Shown here: piece after piece, positions 11,761 through 24,414 of the stretch
Position numbering within the stretch: position 1 is the first letter of the stretch
Layout of the letters: the number at the start of each line of letters is the position of its first letter
Assembly (NCBI GenBank): GCA_964188305.1
Contig: OZ076889.1
Length of the DNA: 64,000 bases
Direction: 5' to 3' (one strand)
DNA from: Podarcis bocagei
Lineage: Eukaryota
Notes under the pieces: model-generated
Databases searched by the model: none
Told to the model about the DNA's origin: nothing
Seen by the model: the letters and a program-made list of their open reading frames with translations, nothing else
Made by a program: the position numbers and the translations under genes

Positions 11761-14700
11761 ACCCTACAACTAGGCAATTCAATTCATTTGCTGCAATATA
11801 AAACTATAAAGGCATTGTAATCGCGCATTCAGATCTCAGAGCAATATTTTGAGGCTTTCTTCAATTATTATTACATACTGCCTAACCAACATATTCGCCC
11901 TTTAGGTTATAAGCATTAAATATGGGTGTAGTCTGATCCGTAAGCCCCCTTTAAGAATAAAGCCTTCTTAATTCTATTGATGCCTTTGATTTGCTGGTGA
12001 CTTTGTCTCCAAACGATGACTATATTTGCTGATTTACTCAGTGGGAAAGGGGTATATAACAATACTGAATTCATAAAAGCGATATTGAGTTGCAGTGCAC
12101 TCTTCTGTGTGTTCATATATATATATATATACACACTTGGGAGTAAACCCGCTAAATTTGGTGGTCCTTTATCCTAAGTATATATGCATGGTTACAGCTC
12201 AAACCCATACATGTCTGTTCAATAGGATTTGCACTCAAAAATTATGTTTAGGATTGCATTCAGCCTCCTGTATAATTTCCTTTAATTACTGCTATCTCTT
12301 AATTGCATGTGGATTCTTCTGATCTTGATTACCAATATTCTTTTTAGCTGATACCAAACAATGTTTTCAAAGACAAAACTCTTTGGTAGATGTCTCTGGA
12401 AACATGTAGCAATGCCTTGTTAGTGTTGCAATCTAAATATGGCTGCTGCAGCTTACATTAGCTGTGTAGACAATGTACAGAAAACTTGACTCATGTCAAC
12501 AAAGTACAAAAAACAAACAAAGATCACTTAAGTCATAAGGGGGGAATACAATTGAACTTGCTTTTTACTGTGCCTAACTTGAGCTAATCCTTTGTGGATT
12601 TATGTGTTATCCCAGAGTCTGCTGCATTGGAGGCTTGGCAGCTGCACTGGGTGTTTGCCATTGGGAGGAGTATTTATAGCAGCTGAGCTGAAAAGTAAAG
12701 AATTTAAAGCACAGACATACACACTACTGATTTCACTGAACTACAGTCCAATGCTTCACAACATGGGAGGATCAACATATTTTGCCACCAAGTACAGGGA
12801 ACAGTTAGGTTTAAACTGATTTAGAAGCAAGCCCCTCTGAGCTTGGGAGTTCTGTGTAAAATATGCATAGGAATTAAGACTACATTCAGTGGAATAGGCA
12901 CTCTTAAGCATGCTTATGTTGAAGTAACAACTTTGTTTTAGTCAAATTTAATTTCAAGGATGTGCTTAGTAGTACAGCATAACAGCATTCTAGATTACAC
13001 CAGCTAAGCTAACCTGGTTCTGTTCTTACAAAAATGTTCAATTTTCTTATCCTGCATGCTGACCTTCCTACTTTGATTGGCTAGGAGAGATTTTGGATGT
13101 TCCTTTTTTGCCTTACTAAGTTTCTTGGACTGTTTTTAACTGTGCTAACTGTACATCAGCAATAATATATGGAAACACTTACTATTCAAGAGATGTTGTC
13201 TTTCCTCCATAATATGTTGTCTTTCCCCAAAACTGTGGGTTAGGAAAGACTACAGAAGTATAAAAACAAAGATGTGGTGTTTTTTGTTTTTTAAAAAAAC
13301 TATTTACTCATGTTCTCTAGCTCTTTCTGCTCATTCCCCTCTGAAGATCACAATCCTTTTTCACTCTCCTTCCCTTTATGTTAACTGGCTCAGCTGTTGC
13401 ACAGCATCATTCTGCATTCCATGTCCAGTGAAGTTTGGATGCTGAAAAAAATTATCACTAGGGTCAGATTTATCTATCCGTTACTGCATCATCCTGACTC
13501 TATCATATAGGAAAAGAAATATGTAGCCCCTTCATTAATGAGAAAATACGTTACATAGGTGCTGTTGATTATTTATTAATTATTAGTGCATTATAAAAGA
13601 CAAAGTAATAAAAGCTAGTTAAAAACCATAATTAAAATACACCAAAACATATGTCTAGAGACAATGAAGACAATGAATGAAACAAACACTAATAGATGTA
13701 CTGCTGGATAAGTGTTTAATGGTTATTGTATTTGTTTAAAAACCAATTAAAAATTGTGTGGTTTGGTTTGGTTTTTTAAAAAAACTCATTAAAACCAGCA
13801 GTAAAATACAGTTTGCCATGGCAGTGGCCCTGTGGTCAGTATTGTCTGCACCTTAGTTTTCAAAGTCCTGTTTAAATAGGAAGGTCCTGGCCTGCCAGCG
13901 GAAGAGGAAGCCAGTCTAACTTCTCTTGGGTGGGAATCCCATAATATGGGAGCAGGCTCAGAAAAGGCTCTCTTGTGTTCCAACCAACCATGTTGATGGA
14001 ACCGAGAGAAGGTGTTCACCTGAGATTCTTAGCACCCAGGCAAGTGTGTGTGTGGAATGTACTGTTTCTTCCTAGTGCATTGGGTTTGGAAACAAATTCA
14101 AATGCACAACTTAAAATGTAACTTTTGCATTTGTCTTCTATAACTGGCAGGCTCAGGATGAAAAACAAATGAAAACAAAAATATACTTCCATGTTTCAAC
14201 TCTTAAACCTTTTAGCAGTGTTCTTTGGTATTGGCCCAGATAAACTGCAGGGATTGGTTTGGACAAGCAGCTTACAGCTAATTTTTGTGCTACCTGCGTA
14301 GTTATGCTTGTTGTTGATATTATATAATAGCTTTAAATATTACAAATTATTGTACTGTTACGTTAGAGCATGATAATATCAACATTTTTAGATTACCATA
14401 CTGCTTTCCTAGAAAGCAAGTAAAAGTTCGTTTTCGAAAGAAATAGACATTTCACATATGCTTTTGCATATCTGTGGTGATTCGTGTTTGTCTCTGATCT
14501 CTATTCCTGAAGCAACAGGAGTTTATATTCTAGTTGTGAAAATGTTCATGACTCAAATACATGCTTATAAACGTATTGAAACTGGTTAAGAAGGCCTGAT
14601 CAGTATATAAGCATTAGAATTTACTGGTATTTTCTGAGATTCTAACCAGATGTTATGTTCAGTGCAATTTAGGATTTGAGCTTAGTAAAAAGGTAGAAGC

Positions 14701-14835
14701 GTTTTTCAAGCATTAGTAAAACCTTGGAGTTGTGAGAAAGATCTGCGCAGAAGGATGGGATCACATCTGTTAAGTGTCCAAAATGTCTAAAAGTTGTGGC
14801 ATAATAGACTTCTTATTTGTTTGTTTTCTCTCCAG

Positions 14836-15227
14836 TATGAAGTGTAACAGAACAGAATTTACCACCTGAAACTGCTGCTTCAAGTTCAGATCAGGAAAGG
14901 AACACATCACATCGTAACAACAAAACAAGACCAAAGAAGAGTAAAATTTACACTGAAGACACAACACTTGATCTGAAACAAGAAGTTTGTGCCTACTCAA
15001 CAGCTTCAAAAGAGCACGTCCCAACGCTGCTAGTAGTCTTTGTTTTCTTCAGTGCTGTGCTGAAACTGCCCAGTGCAGCACCAGTTATTCCTTATTAGCT
15101 TGATAGATCACTTGTCTCTTGCTATCTCTTTTTTTTAACAATAGCAATCTTCAAACTTTGAAACGTGTGCTGAAACGAAGAATTCGCGAATACTACTGAA
15201 AGTGCAATATTAGAATATCACTGCGAG
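14836..15227 (+). other. CSDE1: CSDE1 5' UTR exon 2 (392 nt; region of the described UNR IRES)
   Basis: ttttctctccAG|TATGAAGTGTAACAG...ATCACTGCGAG|GTTGGT; closely resembles the recalled mammalian UNR 5' UTR that joins directly to ATGAGCTTTGAT. Confidence 0.87.
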
Positions 15228-16910
15228 GTTGGTGCATGTACTCGTTAAAACAGTAATAGATACTGGAATTAAAACTACTGTTTGACATGAGTTTAAATAA
15301 TACTTTTATTTAAATCCTGACTGCCTTCATTTGGTCAGAATATCAAAAGCAGAGCTAACATCTGGCTGTGGTGCTTATGTTTTTAAATGATTCGAGTTCA
15401 TCAGTATTGCCATTTGGTTATATTTGCTGAGCTAACTGTGGAATGCAATCTTATCATTGTAGCTATTTCATTAAGCTTTCTGCTACTATTTTCCAGTTTC
15501 TCCCTTTTGAAATCAGTTTACTCTAATGCTATAAGTCTGGATCTCAAACTTTCTCCATATCCTTCTCCCAATTACTAGTATCGGTCAGTGAGTCTCCATT
15601 TCATAAGCTGATAGGTTTAAATGTTAATTGTCTGCTATAAGGATAGCTGAAATAATAGTAACCATGAGTTCAGTTAGCATCCAGCTTCTGCTCTCCATTT
15701 CAGAACCCCTCTTGAGGTAAAATAAAGCTATTAAATGCTTCCTTAACTAGCACATCAATCCCTTCTTGTCTTAATATGTTAGGAGGCTGCCAGAATGGCA
15801 GCTTTTTATGACACTGGATAAGTGGCAGATATACATTGACAAGGTTGTCTTGTTTGATTTTGTTATATGCAGCATTATAAAATTAAGTTGAAACAGGCGT
15901 AAAAATATGGCAAGCACCTGGAAAGAATTTGTTGAATTTTCCATGCCGTCTTCTCCCCCTACTGCATACGTTAGTGCCAACCTGGGCAATGCATCTCCAG
16001 TCGGACTGAATTTATCACCTTATGGCCAATCAGTAAGTTCTTTTGCCATACTAGCAATATTCTTAAGGGTAAAGCCAAGCTAGCTCAGATGGTGTGATGC
16101 AACAACCTCCTTTGAGCAAAAAAAAAAAAAATGTGGCCAGTTTGCAGATTACTAGCAGAAATGTCTGCTCATTTTGGAACCTCTTATTAAACAAAGCATC
16201 CTATAACCATGCCAAAGTGCAGTGAGCAGGCTAAAACACTCTTAATTTGACAGTTTCAGTTTGAAAATCATTTCACACTCACCCCTCATTCCCAACCATT
16301 CTTTTCATTGGTCATTGTACCAGGCCTAGTTCCTGTTTCAGGGCAATTGGTTACCTCTCCAGCTGTTTAAAATCAAAACTACCCTAATACTTAGATCATT
16401 TTGGGTTTCTTTTGTTATTTCTCTGGAAAACCCTAAAACAGAGAGATCCAAAGCTTCCTTCAAATGGCCAAAGGCAGCCGATTCAAATTTTGAGCCTTTT
16501 TGAAAATGAGCAGAGTATATATCTGCCAAATTTTCTTGTCTGTGACAACTCAATGTCTAACTGGAATACGGTTGATAGCTAGTTAGTTGAAACATGTCCA
16601 TCCTTAGCCTTTACTACCTGGAAATTGTTCAGGGGTTCTCCCCAAAAGCCTGCAAGATTGGCAGCGAACTACTAAGTTTAAAAGTTTATGTCCTTGAGAG
16701 ACAATGTGTTTGTTCTCATGTCTAGCATAGTTAAATGCTGGGGAAGGGGCTCTCTTCAATCCTCTAAAGACTTGTTTATTGCTCAATAATGAAATGGAAA
16801 AGTAGTTGTGATGCCATAAAACATAATTAGGCAAAATTCTCAAGCCTCAAGATCGTATTTCAAAATAATTGAGGGCTGCTGAAATGGAATTATAAGTGCA
16901 GCCCAGAAAA

Positions 16911-17110
16911 GGGCCAATAGCACAGTGGAAGAGCACATACTTTCCCATATACAAGGTCCCAGGCTCAATCCCTGGCAGCTTCAGTTAAAAAGCCCTTTCA
17001 ACAGGGCTGAGTAAGACCTTTGTTTTAAATAACATTCAGCAGCTGCTGATCAGTAGCACTGAGCTAGATGGACTAATATTCTGATACTTTATAAGGCAAA
17101 TAATATTCTT
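16911..17110 (+). mobile_element. Degenerate Squam3-like SINE
   Basis: tRNA-like head ATAGCACAGTGGAAGAGC...GGCTCAATCCC; tail resembles the 8922 copy. Confidence 0.6.
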
Positions 17111-18084
17111 AAAATAAGGAAAAAAATCCAGGGGGAAAAGCTTCTAAAATCTCTTGTTCATTGCCCTAAAAACCCTGAAAATGACTGCTACTGTACATCA
17201 GTGTAGGAATTTCTTTCCTGTATTATGGATTTGACATAGTAAACAGTAAACCAGCAACTGTTCATGAATACAATACTGGTGCAACATGCTCTGTAGAATA
17301 GAGGCCGTAAATTGTTGCTGGAGCAATTTCACTTCAGTTCATCTCTGTGCAATACAGTTGATGTTTGCTTAAATTTATTAAATAAAGGTTGAGGAGAACT
17401 GAGACCAGCTGTTATCTTGCTGCCAATGTTCCTGGTGTCCTAAATTTAGTTAATGACCAGTTTTGAAGTGCTCATTACTTGAAATTCAAGTACTAGTCTC
17501 CTCCAAATCATGAGAAGGAAAGAAAGACTTCGCCTGAACCCTTAGGGTTAATGAACACAGATAACATAGCGTTATCTGTGTAAAATTCCAGTTTTTGAAT
17601 TGTTTATGTGTGAATGTACTCTCTAGAACCTATGTAATAAGCAGTTTTTCTGTGTCTCATTAATAGTGCCAGTACTTCTGCTATCCCTTTCAAATGGGAA
17701 AATATAAAATACTATTATAATTCTATCTGGACATACTGTTTGCTGCAGTGCAAGAACATGCAACATGTTCCAGCACTTAGCTCAATCTATTACTCAGTTA
17801 TTTCAAATGACACTTCTCCCTTGTGAGTACTTTTGTGTAAGAGCTGGTCAGAGTTCTGGTAGTATGAGCAAATCAGAACATTGTTGGAGAGGAATTGACC
17901 TAGAAATAGTGCTTGCTAATACTATTTATACTGTAATCCTATTTTTAAAAAAGAAATTTGGATTGATTGCTTTCGACTTCCAGCTCTCTTGAGAAATGGA
18001 ATTTGATAATTACTTGGATGTGTTTAAAGATGTGCTAACTATTGACTAGTTATACTGTGTACTATGTTATCACAGCTGTATGAG

Positions 18085-18225
18085 ATGGAGAACCATTATA
18101 CTGTGTCATCAGATCCTCTCCCCCCTCCTGCAGCTCCCCCTCCTTCTCATCCTTTACCTTTCTCTTCATCTTCTACTTCATCCGGGTCTAAAAAACAGAA
18201 GAGGACCCCTCTTTATCAGAGATCT
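18085..18225 (+). CDS. CSDE1: CSDE1 alternative exon (18076-18225) encoding a 47-aa N-terminal extension
   Basis: cacAG|CTG acceptor, donor TCT|GTAAGT; MENHYTVSSDPLPPPAAPPPSHPLPFSSSSTSSGSKKQKRTPLYQRS, in frame with MSFDPN; resembles the long human isoform. Confidence 0.88.
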
Positions 18226-19862
18226 GTAAGTCAGGGCAACTTGACAGACATGGAATCTTAGCATGGGGATCCTTTGCAGTTAACTCATCTCTGTATATGT
18301 TCTCACTTCTAACTTCACTGATATTAAATCTCCTCAACAGGTTAAAGGATAAAATTCCACTTGAACCAGCTGGAAATCTTGCTGGGTTCTTAAAAGGTGC
18401 TTTCCTGTATCTGTTTTAGAAACTTAATGAAAGCTTGGTCATGTGTGTGTATGTGTTGCAACTTCATTTTATTCATTCTGATAAGTTGATGGAATGTATC
18501 TTGCCCACTTAGATTTATTTTACTAAATCTTCAAAAGAATGACGGCATAGATAATATAAATTTTACTTGATACACTTGTAATAGGAAACAGTTTATAGCA
18601 AGCACCTTCTCCAGATGCATTAATTTCTAAGTAGGGAGTTGTTGCATCTTATGTTGCCAAAAATGAGTTGCAGTATATCTTAGTGCTTTTTGGTTGGCAT
18701 GTGTACAAGGGATTTCTGTTCTTGTTTCTTTGCAAGAAGAGAAATGACCACTATTCTGTATTTCATAATGTTATCTTAGTGCCTGTACTAGTTGACAAAA
18801 AACCAAAGCCTCTTTCAGCCCAATCCTATACTCAGAAATCCCACTGAGTTCAGTGGACCTTGCTCCTAAGTAATTGTCCATAGGAGGATTGCCCACATGC
18901 ATCTCCAAAAGCTATATGTGGGCTTAGAATCTGGCATTGTCCTTGGTGGGTAGGTCAACTCTGATTAATAATGATGACAGCAAAGGGCATTATTTCCAGC
19001 ATAATGAGTGAGGATCTGTTTGGTTATAATTGTGCAGTTAGACTATTGTGTTTAGAGCTTCTTACACTTGGAACTTTTGTACACTTAATGGCTCCTTGGA
19101 GTTGCAGGAATTTTAGGTTTGCTTTCTTAAACAGATACACAGGAAACTGCAACATATCTGTAAAATATATGGTCTCAAAATGCATGATTTTGGCAATTTC
19201 TTGCCTTGAGCCCTTTGACTTGCATGATATGTTCACTGATTCTTCTAACAGGAAAGTTAAATGATACCCTAATGCTAACTTATCTCTGGATTTGATTTAA
19301 CTTAAGATAGCAAAATTGTTTTTAAAGCATATTTATATCTATGTGTTTCTAGAAGATTAATGAGAATTCAGTAGGGCAGTTTTCTCTGTTTTCTGGCATT
19401 AACCAATGCATTTATGGATAGAGAAGGAGCATTTAAGCTGACTGAGTACAGCAAACAATTATGAAAGTTCATAAGATATTAGGCCTCCAGTTCAACAAGG
19501 GTAGAGTAGGTGCTAATGGAAATTGCCTTGAGATTAGCAAGCTTTTGTTTTTGCTTTCTTGGTAGCCTTCTTTGGCAAAGGCAAGTTTATACTAATGACT
19601 AATTTTGAATAAAGTATTAACTTTATTCTGTATATAATGCTATATTAACCGCATATAGATAAATCCTACAAGGTAAATGTCGTTTAGTTACTGATGAATC
19701 TCAGCTAGACAAATAGTGTACACAAGCTGTGCCTTAGCTGCCAGAAACTTGCTTGCTTATCTGATGCTCTTTAATGCACACTATGTGTTCTGTGTTCCCT
19801 TAAGTATGAAAGGTGATGGGAATTGCTTTTGGAGGATTTCACAAGTTATCTTTTGCTTTCAG

Positions 19863-20061
19863 ATGAGCTTTGATCCAAACCTTCTCCATAACAATGGACA
19901 CAACGGGTACCCCAATGGTACTTCTGCAGGACTACGTGAAACTGGGGTTATTGAAAAACTGCTGACCTCCTATGGATTCATTCAGTGTTCAGAACGGCAA
20001 GCTAGACTGTTCTTCCACTGTTCACAGTATAATGGCAACCTACAGGAGCTTAAAGTGGGAG
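19863..20061 (+). CDS. CSDE1: CSDE1 exon with the main start codon (cold-shock domain 1)
   Basis: ttcAG|ATGAGC; MSFDPNLLHNNGH...YGFIQCSERQARLFFHCSQY...KVG; donor GTAATT; 199 nt. Confidence 0.97.
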
Positions 20062-20499
20062 GTAATTCATCTGGTGGAATTCTCTGGGTTCATAACTGAG
20101 GCTCTTTACATGTGTGACGAGGATTAGCACCTCTTAACACACTAGAGATGTGTCTGCCTAGTCAATAGTAGTTAAACCAACCATTAGTTGAGAGAGCCAA
20201 AGTGAGGCCTTGTGTTTCAATTTATGATAATTTTTTGTTTTAGTTTCCCATTTTCTGTGGATTGTTTTTATGTACACTGCTTAGAAATGCAAATAAGTAA
20301 TATAGAAATGTCATAAATAAATGAATGATAAATAGATAGGCTTAACTATATGGATGCTTCTATGATGAAGATATATTGAGGAGAGTATCGTAGAAACTGG
20401 TTTCCCATACTGTGTTTTGGGAAGCTCTTCCTTGTTCTTCAGTAGAATGGCTGATAAGTTTGCTCACCACTACAGACTGCTATCAGGGTGGGATGTAGG

Positions 20500-20940
20500 G
20501 CTCATGTTAATCCCCTTATTTACTAACTACATGGCCAGACTATTTGTTTCCTGTGTACAGTTAAGTGCTGTTTTTAACTTCTAAAGCCTTAAATGGTTTG
20601 GAGCCAGGCTATCTATAATAAAGGCCACTATCTCCTGTATAATCCTGCCCAAGAACTGAGGTCTTTCACAGAGATCCTTCTCACTGACCCTTCAACAATT
20701 TCAAAAAGTGATAGTCCTTGAGGGCCATTTCTGGGATGGCCACCACCTCTAAAATTCTGTCTCTCAGGCAACACTTAACTGCCTGTCTTTAGGAGGATAG
20801 TTTAAATAGAAAAGTTTTATCAGACATTTGTGCTCTTGCTTGGGCTGCTGTGAGTTTTACTGTTTTCTATTGGTTTTTAGTGCACACTGCTATGATTTCA
20901 GAAAGGATGAGGGTGATACAAATTATGTAAAATAAATAAA
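20500..20940 (+). mobile_element. Old L2-clade LINE 3' fragment
   Basis: Degenerate CTAAAGCCTTAAATGGTTTGGAGCCAGGCTATCT (KALNGLEPGYL) similar to the C-terminus of the intact L2 at 39872; ends in AATAAATAAA. Confidence 0.55.
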
Positions 20941-21619
20941 TTTTTCATTGCACTGTGCAGCTACAGGAGGCAGTTGTGTGTGTTCTAGAATGCACTCAGT
21001 TTCTCTCTGGCAGGGTTGGAACACCTGTGGCTCTCAAGGTCTGACTGAGCTATAATTCGCATAACCCATTACCATTGGCCAAGCTGGCTGGGGCTGATGG
21101 GAGTTGATATCCAACATATAGAGGTACAGAGATTCAGTATCCTTGAGGTAGAGCAACAGTGAGGCCCAATCTGTGTGGCCTCGCACAAGGTAATTATGGC
21201 CCTAAAAATACAAGAACCCTGCTGGATCAGACCAAAGGCATATTTAATCAATTATTCTTCTCTCACAGTGGCCACCTAGATGCCTTTGGAGACCCTAGAA
21301 TTTGCTTTAGCTTTTTATAACACTTAGAGTTGTTTTTGTAGATGAAGAAATGTGGTGGAAAATACCTCCGGTGTCATAAAGTTGTGAAACCAGTGGACTA
21401 GAAGAATGGGCTGTGAATGCTGTACAGAAAGAGCCTCTCATTTTGCCTACTCTGAGTTCATGAGCCAGATTCACTGACCGAGGAGAATGCAGTCATGTTT
21501 TAAATTGTTATTTTGATCTTAGCATGCATGTGCAAGATAAATGCCACTGACTGAGATCCAGGGGAACCATTTACATGCAAGCAACTCATTGAGCTTTTTT
21601 GTAGTTTTCGAGAGTTCTG

Positions 21620-21750
21620 TCCTCAGGCAATCCTCCCTGTCTCCAATACTACACAGCCTCAAAAGCAGTCTTAAATTTGCATGCTTAATGCAAATTTAAG
21701 ACTACTTTTGAGGCTGTGTAGTATTGGAGACAGGGAGGATTGCCTGAGGA
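21620..21750. repeat. 131-bp near-perfect palindrome (63-bp arms, 5-nt loop, 1 mismatch)
   Basis: 21620-21682 is the reverse complement of 21688-21750 except C21666/A21704. Confidence 0.97.
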
Positions 21751-21836
21751 AAGGTAAAGCTGTGCTTGCGAATTTTTCCTGTTAAGTGTTACTAGACTGG
21801 TCCTGTGTCATTGATAAAACTTCAATTGCTTTACAG

Positions 21837-21946
21837 ATGATGTTGAATTTGAAGTATCTTCTGACCGGCGAACTGGAAAACCGATTGCTATTAAACTGGT
21901 GAAGATTAAAACAGAAACATTACCTGAAGAGCGAATAAATGGACAA
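21837..21946 (+). CDS. CSDE1: CSDE1 coding exon
   Basis: 110 nt; DDVEFEVSSDRRTGKPIAIKLVKIKTETLPEERINGQ; AG/GT boundaries. Confidence 0.96.
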
Positions 21947-22297
21947 GTTAGTGGCTATGATAAGCTTTTTCCATGCATGCAATTTGCATCTGCTGTGGTC
22001 AGACAAACAAGGGCAGAGTTGAGTGTAGCATGCCTCTCCTTGGTTGCATAGAAATATTTTTCTCAAATTTAATTTTTTCCACTTGTTTTGGCAAGCGCGT
22101 AAAAATTGGGGTTTTACCTAACCAAGAACAATTCTTACAGTTAACAAAAGTACTGTAAGATATAAGCTTTGCAGCATGGCATACTGTTGTGGGTTACCTG
22201 TAAAGTGCATCCCCAAGTGTATTATAGAAAACTAACAGTCTGATGCATAATGCTGCCTCTGGAAATAATTAGCAATGGATTTTTTTTTGACTGGTAG

Positions 22298-22390
22298 GTT
22301 GTGTGTGCTGTTCCTCACAACTTAGAGAGTAAGTCTCCAGCTGCCCCGGGTCAGAGTCCAACAGGGAGTGTATGCTACGAACGTAATGGG
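22298..22390 (+). CDS. CSDE1: CSDE1 93-nt cassette exon
   Basis: VVCAVPHNLESKSPAAPGQSPTGSVCYERNG; phase 0/0; known to be alternatively spliced in mammalian UNR. Confidence 0.95.
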
Positions 22391-22807
22391 GTAAAACTTA
22401 TGTATTTACTTAAACTTTTTGACTGATCCTCCAATATGATTTAAACTAAAATACTTGCCAGAGTAGACAGTGAAAAAACTGTACTTGCTTTAAAAAGTTA
22501 AAATTTAAATTGCTAAAAACTTATTTATTGAAATAGAAAACATCTGACTTCATGTTTTGACTGTAATTCTGAAATATTTTCACAACTTCAGTCTAGAATT
22601 ATATGGCTAGTTAAAATGAAGCAGAAGAGTTAACTGTTTACTAATGTCTTCACTGTGACTATTTTTTAGTTTCATAAAATGCTAATAAAACGTCAAATAT
22701 TCTGCACACTTCCCAAGTTCTGAAGCGCAGAAGTTTAAACTAACCAGGACTTTATAAATTTCTCTACTCATAGCAAAATATTAATGATATCAAATTTTAA
22801 TTCACAG

Positions 22808-22905
22808 GAAGTGTTCTACTTAACTTATACCCCAGAAGATGTTGAAGGAAATGTACAGCTGGAAACCGGAGATAAAATTAACTTCATTATTGATACAAAT
22901 AAACA
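22808..22905 (+). CDS. CSDE1: CSDE1 coding exon
   Basis: 98 nt; EVFYLTYTPEDVEGNVQLETGDKINFIIDTNK(H). Confidence 0.96.
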
Positions 22906-23359
22906 GTAAGTAGATACCTAGTAAAGACTGAATCCATGTTGGTTCTAAGGTAGTAAAGTTCTCCAGAAACTAGTGTTACTACTTGAGTTGAAGTATACTT
23001 AGCAAACTTTGCAAAGGCCATTCAGATCAAGTTTCTGAAGATGCGTTATTTTTGAGTGGTTATTAAAATTGCTAGTCAGTTTGGCTATTTCTTTCACAGA
23101 CAAATGGATAATCTGAAGTACAGCTATTTAATAGGAAACTTGCTTTTTTTTTTAAAGACCTAAATGTGAATGTGTACATCAAGTAAAGAGATTGTAGCAG
23201 TGTGATGTTTTCATCTTAAAATATCCTGGTCATAACGAAAAGAGACTTACGTCTTTCCAGTAAAACCTATAAGGTGACCCAGTATTGCACCAACTCATGT
23301 AACTCATCCCTCCTAGTCCCCCCCCCCCAACCGCCCCAATCTGCTCTGGTGGGATAAAG

Positions 23360-23450
23360 TAGGGTTTCCATATGTCTGGGAATTCCCGGACATGTCCTTT
23401 TTGGGGGGAAATTTACATTTCAAAGCAGATGTCCTGGATTTGGGGTTTAA

Positions 23451-23481
<31 letters not shown>

Positions 23482-23600
23482 TGCATGCGCGTGCTCAGGC
23501 AACCTGGGCTTGGCAGTGGCGGCGGAGCTATCAGGCGATAGCCCTAAAAACAACAATTTTGGGTGTTCGAATTTTTACTTCTTGAAATATGGCAACCCTA
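23360..23600. mobile_element. Non-autonomous DNA transposon, probably hAT-type
   Basis: Terminal inverted repeats TAGGGTTTCCATAT...ATATGGCAACCCTA; target-site duplication imperfect (GATAAA on both sides). Confidence 0.55.
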
Positions 23601-23717
23601 GATAAACACAACTAGAGTCACTCATAGAATTTAAGAATCATTCTGTAGTTGGCTGTATTGTGATAAGTCATTGAATTATATTTTCCTTGTGTGACCTTCA
23701 TCTACTTTTTCCCATAG

Positions 23718-23799
23718 TACTGGTGCTGTAAGTGCTCGTAACATTATGCTTTTGAAAAAGAAACAGGCTCGGTGTCAAGGAGTAGTTTGTGCCATGAAG
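23718..23799 (+). CDS. CSDE1: CSDE1 coding exon
   Basis: 82 nt; TGAVSARNIMLLKKKQARCQGVVCAMK. Confidence 0.96.
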
Positions 23800-24059
23800 G
23801 TAAATTAACACTTAACTACTTTCTGAAATTTACTTGTACAGTTATGGAACCATGTAGGTGTGGAGGAGAAGGTGTATAGACTTATTCTAGTACTTTTGAG
23901 ACAGAACTTCCATGTAAGGTTGCTTGGGAGTAAGTCTCATTAAACGTTAGATCTAGCATCTGAGAGAGCAGGCATTAGATTGGGCTTTATATAATTCACT
24001 CATTCCTCCTGTAAAAAGTTTTTATATATGCACATTTTTAGCTGTAGATCTTTCTTATA

Positions 24060-24312
24060 CAGTGGTGCCTCGCAAGACAAAAATAATTCATTCCGCGAGT
24101 CTTTTCGTCTTGCGATGTTTTTCGTCTTGCGAAGCACGGTCCGTCGCAACGGCACCTCTTCAAGCGGCTTTAAGAAAAAAGCGCAAGACGTTTGCATCTT
24201 GCGAAGCAAGCCCATAGGGAAATTTGTCTAGCGAAGCAACGCAAAACCGAAAACCCCTTTCGTCTAGCGAGTTTTTTGTCTTGCGAGGCATTCGTCTTGC
24301 GGGGCACCACTG
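24060..24312. mobile_element. Tc1/mariner (Tigger/pogo-like) MITE
   Basis: TA|CAGTGGTGCCTCGCAAGAC...GTCTTGCGGGGCACCACTG|TA: terminal inverted repeats with a TA duplication; internal CGTCTTGCG repeats. Confidence 0.88.
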
Positions 24313-24414
24313 TAACTATTAGTCACAAAAAAAAAGAAAAAATGTTTTATTCCAGCTAGGTGGATATAGATAAAGTTAGCTTCTCTTTGCTTAACAATCC
24401 TATTTTCTTTTTAG

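Noticed and set aside
10408-11801. Many overlapping 60-170 aa ORFs
   Set aside because: Expected from stop-codon depletion in the GC-rich CSDE1 CpG island; low-complexity G/R/P/A translations.
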